This document shows, in pieces, positions 55,601-64,000 of a stretch of 64,000 bases of DNA; the stretch's first letter is position 1; the number at the start of each line of letters is the position of its first letter. This DNA comes from Phycisphaerae bacterium (GTDB lineage Bacteria; Planctomycetota; Phycisphaerae; Sedimentisphaerales; Anaerohalosphaeraceae). Both the position numbers and the translations under genes were made by a program. The DNA lies in assembly GCA_016782835.1 (NCBI GenBank), contig JADHXS010000001.1, positions 8,313-72,312 on the forward strand. Direction: 5' to 3'. The notes beneath the pieces were generated by a model. It worked only from the letters and a program-made list of their open reading frames with translations. It ran no database searches and had not been told where the DNA came from.

Positions 55601-55971
55601 AAACCGAAACCCTCACCAGCCAACTGCATGAACGCACCGTCGATCTCGAAACAGCCAACCAAACCATCCAATCGCTCCAGGAGCAGAAATCCCGAACATC
55701 CATGCAGCCGGGACCGAATGATTCGGCCCTGACGCCGCAGGCGGCAAATTCAGATATAGCCGCCAGCGCAACTCGAACGCAGAAAACGCTTCAGCAGCTT
55801 CGCGAAGATATGAAAAACCGCAAGCAAAAAAGCCGGCAAACACGCCAGCAGCTTTCCCGTGTCAATGCCGGGTTGGATATGATACAGAAAGACGACGAAG
55901 ACGGCCGGGCACAAAAACACAAAAAACTCCACCAAAGCCTCAATTTCTTCGGCGGCGATCAAAATCCATAA
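52648..55971 (+). CDS. giant Q/E-rich coiled-coil protein with internal repeats, no signal peptide or TM segment
   Basis: GTG 52648 follows AGGAG (track start 52618). Repeats QKENL(S/T)GTCEDQ x2 and three ~90-aa blocks (QEEIDCQRQK..., QEDIDCREQK..., QEELTQKENN...). Confidence 0.6.
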   Translation: MNSQENQAQVSNGQSEAESLRQKVQKYKTYLAQILKQKENLSGTCEDQATYIADITEQLEQIRTQNESLQQQFDQLRSQQAQDAQVQPDSQKLSEQLEQSDIKIRELEEYLRTQQQQQEQAQQDNCRLHEQLEQTATRLKELEESYQTQQEEISQTQRQKQELTEQIEQANEKTRELEAVLENQTRTAEDIAALQKQFDQANQNLAQLTRQKENLTGTCEDQYKTILEISEQVQALSEQKTHAKEHIEQLRLQLQQLSGAEGQSGQLAESIRQANTRIQELQNDLDTRQAEWNRQTNEFQTQLTEKDSRRQQLTEQLKQVNDAKHHLEEESHALQSTLSSQQEEIDCQRQKAEQLQETLHETEELLRHQKHAFGQNEESVSQLRKELNNLQTVHQETVAQNESLQIRLRQADSNYQSSQQEIGQLQAYLSKRQEDIDCREQKYQQFQTSLQETEARLQLQTQTGVLMEQKVAALNDKLNALQAQNQEMLTENQSLRAQAEDWNRKYQDLQHDRQALQNEFDKVRSHLETKTSDLQQTALELKQHQEQKDTLQAELASANQDAEESKQAHQQICDELEAKQQSFEQELADRQETIRSLQAQTEEWQAKHLTIQEEKGNLQATLSSLQEELTQKENNYQQLQSALQETETLLTQEKDVTAQTKEKLETLQAEFNALQTQHQETTQENQSLAERVNEWQQKHHAAEQKYQASQTKYQSLKLQLQEKTEQAEQFESQLADSLQKHKLFKQALKNKDAQFDDLQQQADTLQKQVRMKAQALELAKDTHRQLQDDLEQRTEQFEKERAAQQQQIQSLQTDIDETTGCIDELSILIQDVNTENEELHQHVEQTMQQITQIQNRMAKQKKENEELRAENATLQQPAGILAKTQEERDTAQQRVQSLEQSLAQERAVLKVTQQEMQKYHKMTSDLQEKVCKMTTDVQHVKDAELHARQELVKTNEQLTALQKNKENYQKQSESFQQYVAKMEAKTETLTSQLHERTVDLETANQTIQSLQEQKSRTSMQPGPNDSALTPQAANSDIAASATRTQKTLQQLREDMKNRKQKSRQTRQQLSRVNAGLDMIQKDDEDGRAQKHKKLHQSLNFFGGDQNP

Positions 55972-56012
55972 ACACCCCAGCCCGCTTTTTAACAAATCCG
56001 CGCTTGACGAAC

Positions 56013-56052
56013 ACGGCTCGATAGGATACCCTGTCGAGCCGTTTGTGTAATT
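56013..56052 (+). terminator. terminator-like hairpin ACGGCTCGA/TCGAGCCGT
   Basis: 9-bp stem 56013-56021/56034-56042, followed by TTGTGTAATTTT. Confidence 0.45.
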
Positions 56053-56083
56053 TTAACAGGGAAGGTGTATGCGCCGGACCTGA

Positions 56084-57409
<1,326 letters not shown>

Positions 57410-57429
57410 ACGACCAAACGTCGATACAG

Positions 57430-57463
57430 GGCACAGAGGCCAACCGCCGATGTGCCTTTTTTT
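57430..57463 (+). terminator. intrinsic terminator GGCACA...TGTGCC + T7
   Basis: Stem 57430-57435/57451-57456. T-run 57457-57463. Confidence 0.7.
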
Positions 57464-57574
57464 GTCGATAAATTGTCATTCCTGCAAAAAAACCTCGCCA
57501 AAGGCGAATGCCGCAAAAGCCCCTGAAGAGGGCGTTACAAGAATAGCCGGGGGTGTAAACCCCCGGAAAACCGA

Positions 57575-58060
57575 ATGGATAAGCTCGCTTTAACAACCCG
57601 TTTTTTGATGTTCACGGGCTTTTTCTTGGCCGGAGCGTGTGCGGTGGTGCTGGCGATTCTCGCCAAGCCGGAGCTTTATGATTATTACCATAATCGCGCC
57701 ACGCTGGACCAGCTCGGCGCCCAGAACGAACGCATCAAAGAACTGACCGACCAGTACGCCGCCCGTATCCAGCTCATCGAAGATGAACCGGGCATTCTCA
57801 AACGTTTCAGCACATCCACCTTCGGCCAAAAACCACAAGCCCCGGACACTGTCTTTCCCGAAGCGGGCAGCCAAAAGCTGAAGGCCGAAACGGAAAAAAT
57901 CCTCAAGGCCGAAACCCAGCCAAAACCCGTCGACCCGATTCCCGCATGGCTGACGCGCGTCATCGATCCGACCAACCGAACCGCCTTGTTTCTGGCCGGG
58001 GCCGCCCTGGTCTTCATCACCTTCATCTTCTTCGGCTCACCCCACATAAAAACGCCATGA
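57575..58060 (+). CDS. membrane-anchored coiled-coil protein, FtsB/DivIC-like by architecture and position after eno
   Basis: One TM segment, then LDQLGAQNERIKELTDQYAARIQLIEDEP. Weak call. Confidence 0.4.
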   Translation: MDKLALTTRFLMFTGFFLAGACAVVLAILAKPELYDYYHNRATLDQLGAQNERIKELTDQYAARIQLIEDEPGILKRFSTSTFGQKPQAPDTVFPEAGSQKLKAETEKILKAETQPKPVDPIPAWLTRVIDPTNRTALFLAGAALVFITFIFFGSPHIKTP

Positions 58061-58330
58061 CGCACCCGTCCCAACAGAAACCTGACGCGGGAGAAAGACT
58101 CTATAGCAACCAACAGTAATCAGTGAACAGTGAGCAGAAATAAGGCAGAAGGCGGTATAGCGATTATCCAGAGTTGTCAATTCTTCTTTTCCCCTGCGTT
58201 TTTTCATTGAACCAACCATCATTACACATTACATTGCGCAGGAAAAGCGATTGTTACAAAAAAAATTAAAATATTTGCGCTTTGTGTATAATCCGGTATG
58301 AAGCAATAACTCATTACGAAATAAACAGAT

Positions 58331-58777
58331 ATGCGTGCAGTGATTCAGCGAATCAGTGAAGCATCTGTCACGGTTGACGGGTGCATCACCGGGCAAATCG
58401 GGCAGGGACTGTTGGTCTTTTTGGGCGTCGCCAAAGATGACACTGAAAATGATATCGCTTTCATCGCCGACAAAGTCGTCAATTTACGAATCTTCGAAGA
58501 CACCGACGGCAAAATGAATTTATCCGTTAAGGATATCGGCGGCGGGGTTCTGCTCATCAGCCAGTTCACCCTGTTCGGCGATTGCCGAAAAGGCCGCCGA
58601 CCCGACTTTACACAGGCCGGCCCGCCGGAATTAGCAAAAGAATTATATGACAAGACCATCGAAGCAGTTAAGGAAAAAAGCGTCCCCGTCCAAACCGGCA
58701 TTTTCGCCGCCCACATGCACATCAACAGCATCAATGACGGCCCCGTTACCCTCATCATCGACAGCAAAAAAACATAA
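58331..58777 (+). CDS. dtd: D-aminoacyl-tRNA deacylase
   Basis: MRAVIQR start, SQFTLFGD, and NDGPVTL. Confidence 0.9.
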   Translation: MRAVIQRISEASVTVDGCITGQIGQGLLVFLGVAKDDTENDIAFIADKVVNLRIFEDTDGKMNLSVKDIGGGVLLISQFTLFGDCRKGRRPDFTQAGPPELAKELYDKTIEAVKEKSVPVQTGIFAAHMHINSINDGPVTLIIDSKKT

Positions 58778-59004
58778 GACAAACAACTCCTTATAAATCC
58801 TTTACTTAGAAACAATCGCCACAACCGGGCATAAAACCGCCAGGTTAAAAGCTTTGACTTTTTCGATTCGCAACGGTACATTGCAACACTTGTCTGAAAG
58901 CGGTAATATAACCCAAAAGGAGGTCTTTTTAGATGCCCTATTACCATGACAGGCAAATCGGCATTTAAAATGCAACGTATTTGAAAAATTGAAACGAGGG
59001 ACCG

Positions 59005-60324
59005 TTGGCAAAACAGGACACAACTGAGATTCTGGATGAGATATTAGCACGTGTCAAAGCGATTGACCCGGTCAATACGCGCAAGTGGTTCGACGACCTG
59101 CATATTACCGCGTTCGATCACGGCTTAATGCAAATCGGCTGTCCAGAGCAGTCCTGTGCGGAATTTCTGCAGGATCATTGCCTGACGACGTTTACGCAGG
59201 CCGCCCAGAATATTACCGGACATCTCGTTTCGGTGCAGTTTATGGACATGGGTGATCAGCCGGCTGCCGGGATAACAGCGATTGCTGAAAAAACCGGCCG
59301 GTTTCGTCTGCATCCGGATTATACCTTCAATAGTTTTGTTGTCGGACCATGTAATCGGCTGGCTCACGCAAGTTGTATCGCCATCAGCCAAAGCCCCGGT
59401 ATGATTTATAACCCGCTGTTTTTATATGGCAATGTCGGACTGGGGAAAACACACCTGCTTCATGCGGTGTGCCATGATGCCTGCAAGCAAAATCCTGATA
59501 TCTCGATCCAATTTCTCAGTTGTGAGGAATTTATCAACGGGTTTATCAGCGCCATTGAAAAGGGCAACGTACAAGAGTTTCAGAACCTGTACCGAACGGT
59601 AGACGTGCTGATCATTGACGATGTTCAGTTTTTGCGTGAACGCGAGCAGAGCCAGGAGGAGTTTTTTCACACGTTTAATGCCCTGTATAATAACCGTCGG
59701 CAAATCGTTCTGACCTCCGACAGTGCTCCGCAGGATTTAGCGAAATTGGAAGACCGCCTTATCAGCCGCTTTAAATGGGGACTCGTGGCCCGTCTGGATG
59801 CCCCCAGCTATGAAACACGTATCGCCATCATCAAGAAAAAAGCCCATCTTCGCGGACTGGAACTGCCTGACGGCGTGGCCGAACTTATCGCCGAGCATAT
59901 TAAAACCAATATCCGTGAACTGGAAGGGGCACTGACGATTATTTACGCCACCGCGCAAACAACAAATCAGTCCATTACGCTGGAATTGGCGCGCCAGGCC
60001 CTGGGAGTCCAGGAAGTAACCCTGTCAAAAAACGTAACCCTCTCGGACATCATCCGGATGGTTAGCGACCACTTCGACGTCCGGATTACGGATCTGCAAA
60101 GCAAAAAACGCAGCCAATCCATCGCCCTGCCCCGGCAGATTTGCATGTACCTGGCACGAAACCTGACTCGCCACAGCCTCGAAGAAATCGGCGGCCATCT
60201 CGGCGGACGTGACCATTCGACGGTTGTTCACGCCTGCTCCAAAATCGAACACTTGTACAAATCCGACACCGATTTTCGCGACCGTATCGATAAACTCTCC
60301 ACCCACGTAATGCAATCCGCCTAA
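59005..60324 (+). CDS. dnaA: chromosomal replication initiator protein DnaA (TTG start)
   Basis: The GNVGLGKTHLLHA and IIDDVQFL motifs, plus the C-terminal DNA-binding helix GGRDHSTVVHA. Confidence 0.9.
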   Translation: MAKQDTTEILDEILARVKAIDPVNTRKWFDDLHITAFDHGLMQIGCPEQSCAEFLQDHCLTTFTQAAQNITGHLVSVQFMDMGDQPAAGITAIAEKTGRFRLHPDYTFNSFVVGPCNRLAHASCIAISQSPGMIYNPLFLYGNVGLGKTHLLHAVCHDACKQNPDISIQFLSCEEFINGFISAIEKGNVQEFQNLYRTVDVLIIDDVQFLREREQSQEEFFHTFNALYNNRRQIVLTSDSAPQDLAKLEDRLISRFKWGLVARLDAPSYETRIAIIKKKAHLRGLELPDGVAELIAEHIKTNIRELEGALTIIYATAQTTNQSITLELARQALGVQEVTLSKNVTLSDIIRMVSDHFDVRITDLQSKKRSQSIALPRQICMYLARNLTRHSLEEIGGHLGGRDHSTVVHACSKIEHLYKSDTDFRDRIDKLSTHVMQSA

Positions 60325-60361
60325 ATCCGGCTTTTTAAAACAACTACTACCGAGAGCACTA

Positions 60362-60441
60362 TTTATTGAACAACAGCCTGACCTATAAGTGCCATATTTC
60401 TGTCTATCTGGCACTTTTAATGGTAGCAAGTGTTCAATAAA
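60362..60441. repeat. nested perfect inverted repeats (11 bp outer, 8 bp inner) with symmetric 14-nt internal loops
   Basis: TTTATTGAACA 60362-60372 / TGTTCAATAAA 60431-60441. AAGTGCCA 60387-60394 / TGGCACTT 60409-60416. Confidence 0.8.
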
Positions 60442-60597
60442 CCATGCTCCCCTTAGTAACTTGACAAACAACGGCATTGATAAATAATGCAATATACTAT
60501 CGTCTGCTTTGTATAAAACAGTTTTTACAGCTCTGCTTTTATCAAAATAAAATCATACTCAACTTTACACAACCCAAGGGTCTTAAGGAGACTGAAA

Positions 60598-62034
60598 ATG
60601 GAGAAGAAAACACTTACAACGGCTGCGGGGATTCCCGTCAGCGATAATCAAAATTCCCTCACGGCCGGCGAAAGAGGCCCGACCTTACTGCAGGACCACA
60701 TTTTACTGAACAAGCTGGCTCATTTTAATCGGGAACGTATTCCCGAACGCATCGTACACGCCAAGGCCGCCGGGGCATTCGGCGTCTTTACCGTAACCCA
60801 TGACATTACAAAATATACCAAGGCAAAAATCTTTTCTAAAATCGGCAAAAAAACCGAGATGGTAGGCCGGTTTTCGACCGTCGCCGGAGAAAAAGGCTCT
60901 GCGGACACGGTTCGCGATGTGCGAGGGTTTGCACTGAAGTTTTATACCGAAGAAGGTAACTGGGATTTGGTCGGCAATAACACCCCCGTCTTCTTCATTC
61001 GCGATGCTATCAAGTTTCCCGATTTTATCCACACTCAAAAACGCAATCCGCAGACGAACGCCAAAGATGACACGATGCAGTGGGATTTCTGGTCGCAGGT
61101 TCCGGAGGCGTTACACCAGGTAACCATTTTGTTCTCAGATAGAGGCATCCCCAAAGGCATCCCCTATATGAACGGCTACGGTAGCCATACGTACAGCTTC
61201 ATCAATGCCAAAAATGAACGCTTCTGGGTCAAATTTCATTTTAAAACCAACCAGGGAATACAGTGCATGATGCCGGACGAAGCCGACAAGCTGGCCGGTC
61301 AGTGTCCGGATTATCATACGATTCAATTGTTTGAGATGATAAAGAACGGCCAGTATCCCAGCTGGACGCTTCATGTTCAAATCATGCCGGAGGTTGAGGC
61401 GGAAAATTATCGCTGGAATCCTTTTGACCTGACAAAGGTGTGGCCGCACGGCGACTATCCGCTGATTGAAGTAGGCCAATTGGAACTGAACCGCAACCCC
61501 GAAAATTATTTCGCGGAAATTGAGCAGGCCGCCTTTTCTCCGGGCAACGCGGTTCCGGGGATTTCCTTCTCGCCGGACAAGATGCTCCAGGCCCGGGTTG
61601 TCTCCTATGCCGATGCACACCGATATCGTCTGGGGGCCAACTACGAAAGCCTGCCGGTCAACCGTCCCAAGTGCCCCGTGCATAATTATCAGCGTGACGG
61701 AGCCATGCGGAGCGACGGCAACGGCGGCGCCTCTGTAAACTATGAGCCGAACAGTTTCAACGGCCCGAAAGCAGACCCGGCCTATGCCGAGCCGCCGCTG
61801 AAGATATCCGGTGATGCGAACCGGTACGACCAGAAACGCGGCGTCGATGATGATTATATCCAAATTGGAAATTTGTTCCGCCTGATGCCGCCCGACGCAC
61901 AAAAACGTCTGATTCAAAATATCACAGGAAGTCTGAAAAAAGTGTCTAAAGAACTGCAGAAAAAGATGGTTGCCCATTTCACAAAAGCCGACAAAAATTA
62001 TGGCGGCGGGATTGCTAAAGAACTGGGACTTTAA
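60598..62034 (+). CDS. katA: monofunctional haem catalase
   Basis: [24 protein letters not shown]-type FSTVAGE, and [12 protein letters not shown]. Confidence 0.9.
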   Translation: MEKKTLTTAAGIPVSDNQNSLTAGERGPTLLQDHILLNKLAHFNRERIPERIVHAKAAGAFGVFTVTHDITKYTKAKIFSKIGKKTEMVGRFSTVAGEKGSADTVRDVRGFALKFYTEEGNWDLVGNNTPVFFIRDAIKFPDFIHTQKRNPQTNAKDDTMQWDFWSQVPEALHQVTILFSDRGIPKGIPYMNGYGSHTYSFINAKNERFWVKFHFKTNQGIQCMMPDEADKLAGQCPDYHTIQLFEMIKNGQYPSWTLHVQIMPEVEAENYRWNPFDLTKVWPHGDYPLIEVGQLELNRNPENYFAEIEQAAFSPGNAVPGISFSPDKMLQARVVSYADAHRYRLGANYESLPVNRPKCPVHNYQRDGAMRSDGNGGASVNYEPNSFNGPKADPAYAEPPLKISGDANRYDQKRGVDDDYIQIGNLFRLMPPDAQKRLIQNITGSLKKVSKELQKKMVAHFTKADKNYGGGIAKELGL

Positions 62035-62057
62035 AATAACACCAAATTTTTAGTTTT

Positions 62058-62095
62058 AAAAAAGCCCGGGCCTTTTAACGGTCCCGGGCTTTTTG
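62058..62095. terminator. bidirectional intrinsic terminator between convergent katA and htrA
   Basis: Stem AGCCCGGG/CCCGGGCT (62063-62070/62083-62090) with an A-run upstream and a T-run downstream. Confidence 0.8.
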
Positions 62096-62115
62096 AATAG
62101 AACAACTTAAAACGA

Positions 62116-63555
62116 TTAATCATCCAATCGCAATACAACATATTGGGCAAATCGACCGGTCTTCACCAGCAACAGCGCCTTCTTGCTTTCTTCTGATACT
62201 TCAATCGCCTGATTGAACTCGCCAACCGTCGTTATCTCCTCCCGGTTTACGGCAAGAATCACCATGCCTTTACGGATACCTGCCTCATCCGCCGGACTGC
62301 TGGGTTCAACTTCAGCAACCAGGACACCGACGCCTTCGTCAGTCCTGTATTCATCCGCGACTTCTTCGGTAATCGTCTGAACGGTCAAGCCGAATTTTTT
62401 GCCGGTTTTAGACGTATCCGCCAACTCGCTTTCGGCCTGTGAACCGACTTTGACAAGGACTTTCTTTTCTTTGCCCCCGCGGATAATGGTAAATTCCACC
62501 TCCGTATCCGGCGCCGTAAACCCGACAATGTTCCTCAAGTCCTGTGAATCTTCGACTTTTTTATTGCCGATCTGAATAACCACGTCATCTTTTTTCAAGC
62601 CAGCCTTGTCGGCGGGACTATCTTCGGTGACAGTCGTAATCAAAGCACCCTTGCCGTTTTCAAGTTTGAAAAAGTCAGCCATTTCCGGTTCGATATCCTG
62701 CGGCAAAACACCAATATATCCTCGCTGAACCTTACCGGTCTTGGTAAGTTGTTCCTGGATCGCCTTGGCCATATTGATAGGCACCGCTAAACCGATCCCC
62801 ATATAACCACGGTCACCGGTGATAATCGCCGAATTAATCCCAACGACTTTACCTTCCAGATTCAGCAGCGGCCCGCCGGAGTTACCGGGGTTAATCGCCG
62901 CATCCGTCTGGATGAAGTCCTGGTAAACATCTGCTCGGCCCACCTTACGGCCGAGCGCACTGACGACCCCAACCGTTAAGGTCTCTGTCAGGCCAAAGGG
63001 ATTGCCGATTGCAATAACCCATTCACCGATTTCCAGATCGTCGGAATCCCCCAGTTCCACACTGGGCAGATTTTCGGCGTCTTTGATTTTCAGCAGAGCA
63101 ACATCAGACTTGTCATCCGAGCCGACGAGCTGTACCTTATCGTATTCCTGCCCGTCGCTCATAACAATCTTGATTTCATCGGCGCCGTCAATCACGTGAT
63201 GATTGGTCAACACGTAACCATCGCCGCTGATGATAAAACCCGAGGCTTGCCCTTCCTGCCATCGCTCCTGCGGCTGTTGACCGCGAGGGCTGCGCTGACC
63301 AAAAAATCGCTCAAAAAAATCATTGTCAAAGGACGAACCAAAACTCCCGCCTCGGGAAACGATTTTGCTTCTGACTTGAACGGCCACAACCGCCGGCGTC
63401 GCTTTTTTGGCCACGGCGGAAAATGCCTTGCCCGTTTTTCGCAAGGTTTCAATACCGTTTGAATTAACCTCTTCGGCGATAAGTGGGGTTGTCAGGAATG
63501 ATGCCAATAAAACAAACATCCAGATTTTTAAGGAATGGCTCTTTTCCAATCTCAT
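62116..63555 (-). CDS. htrA: HtrA/DegP-family periplasmic serine protease with two PDZ domains
   Basis: TNHHVIDGA, DVALLKI, and GNSGGPLLN triad. Start MRLEKSHSLKIWMFVLL (ATG 63555) preferred over the track start at 63687. Confidence 0.85.
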   Translation of the reverse strand: MRLEKSHSLKIWMFVLLASFLTTPLIAEEVNSNGIETLRKTGKAFSAVAKKATPAVVAVQVRSKIVSRGGSFGSSFDNDFFERFFGQRSPRGQQPQERWQEGQASGFIISGDGYVLTNHHVIDGADEIKIVMSDGQEYDKVQLVGSDDKSDVALLKIKDAENLPSVELGDSDDLEIGEWVIAIGNPFGLTETLTVGVVSALGRKVGRADVYQDFIQTDAAINPGNSGGPLLNLEGKVVGINSAIITGDRGYMGIGLAVPINMAKAIQEQLTKTGKVQRGYIGVLPQDIEPEMADFFKLENGKGALITTVTEDSPADKAGLKKDDVVIQIGNKKVEDSQDLRNIVGFTAPDTEVEFTIIRGGKEKKVLVKVGSQAESELADTSKTGKKFGLTVQTITEEVADEYRTDEGVGVLVAEVEPSSPADEAGIRKGMVILAVNREEITTVGEFNQAIEVSEESKKALLLVKTGRFAQYVVLRLDD

Positions 63556-64000
63556 AGTTTCTGTCCTTTCTTTTGTTAAAATTTCATCACTGTTATACTC
63601 TACTTTAAAACAAAAAAACAAGACCCCTTTAAAGGCTTGCTTTAACATCCCCTGACGTTTCTGCCGGCTGACTGAAACCCTATACAATAAAATCGGGCCC
63701 GCCTTTAGCGCAGACCCATGAAGACCATGATAATTACTCCTTTCTATAAATTACGTTGGTCATTCTTTCTTTGTTCAACCACATCTGGAATAATTACTTA
63801 CAAACACTGCGCCAGAATACACAAGAAGGCGCAACCTCCTTATAAAAAACAACTTATATGTTTTTCGGAAAGCATAAAGTGATGCTTTTCTGCCAATTTT
63901 GCAGGGTAAAAAAGCATTTACTTTGACAGGATTTTCGACACGCAAAATACATTTAACACCTGAGTGGGCGCATATAAAAAGCCCGGCGAATATATCGAAT

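Noticed and set aside
58164-58291. DnaA boxes TTATCCAGA and TGTGTATAA might define oriC.
   Set aside because: There are only two one-mismatch boxes, 110 bp apart, and one coincides with a TATAAT -10 element for dtd. This is too weak to annotate an origin; it is kept only as a hypothesis in the findings.
60409-60425. TGGCACTTTTAATGGTA upstream of katA might be a sigma-54 promoter.
   Set aside because: The -12 position reads ATGG instead of TTGC. The TGGCAC is simply one arm of the inner inverted repeat.

Overview
Read by eye only: no BLAST, HMM, folding or GC-skew computation was run, and all functions come from motif recognition in the supplied translations.

The window is a chromosomal segment with roughly 50% G+C that contains dnaA. 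Gene content looks PVC/Planctomycetota-like (blaI/blaR1 pair, PEGA lipoprotein, S55 peptidase, MDSEHRHELK-type anchor protein, four-helix-bundle genes). This taxonomic call is low confidence.

**Housekeeping backbone**
- pheT
- a leuA-leuC-leuD-leuB operon
- ribE, pdxA-rsmA, an rluD-like gene
- trkA/trkH, recG, eno, dtd, dnaA
- catalase and htrA

**Accessory or unusual content**
1. An AT-rich islet (about 24.17-28.7 kb) carries a 1275-aa fused type IIG restriction-modification enzyme and an NYN nuclease. It sits where the body of the blaR1 sensor gene should be.
2. A second AT-rich islet (45.35-47.03 kb) carries an XRE-ImmA/IrrE peptidase plus a DUF4411 PIN-like toxin-type pair.
3. A sigma-54 micro-locus (0.4-3 kb) holds a bEBP with no input domain and two candidate -24/-12 promoters. 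One of them points at a non-coding, GGA-saturated tandem repeat.
4. Two four-helix-bundle (23S-IVS-protein family) ORFs are wedged into the leu operon, each bracketed by perfect 10-11 bp inverted repeats.
5. A family of heptamer-periodic AT-rich palindromic intergenic modules and REP/REPIN-like GC hairpins is present.
6. A 223-bp tandem duplication spans the trkH/trkA junction and creates a chimeric 37-codon ORF.
7. A 12/12 consensus promoter plus terminator brackets an ORF-less unit of about 230 nt.

No CRISPR array, tRNA, rRNA, transposase or integrase was recognised.
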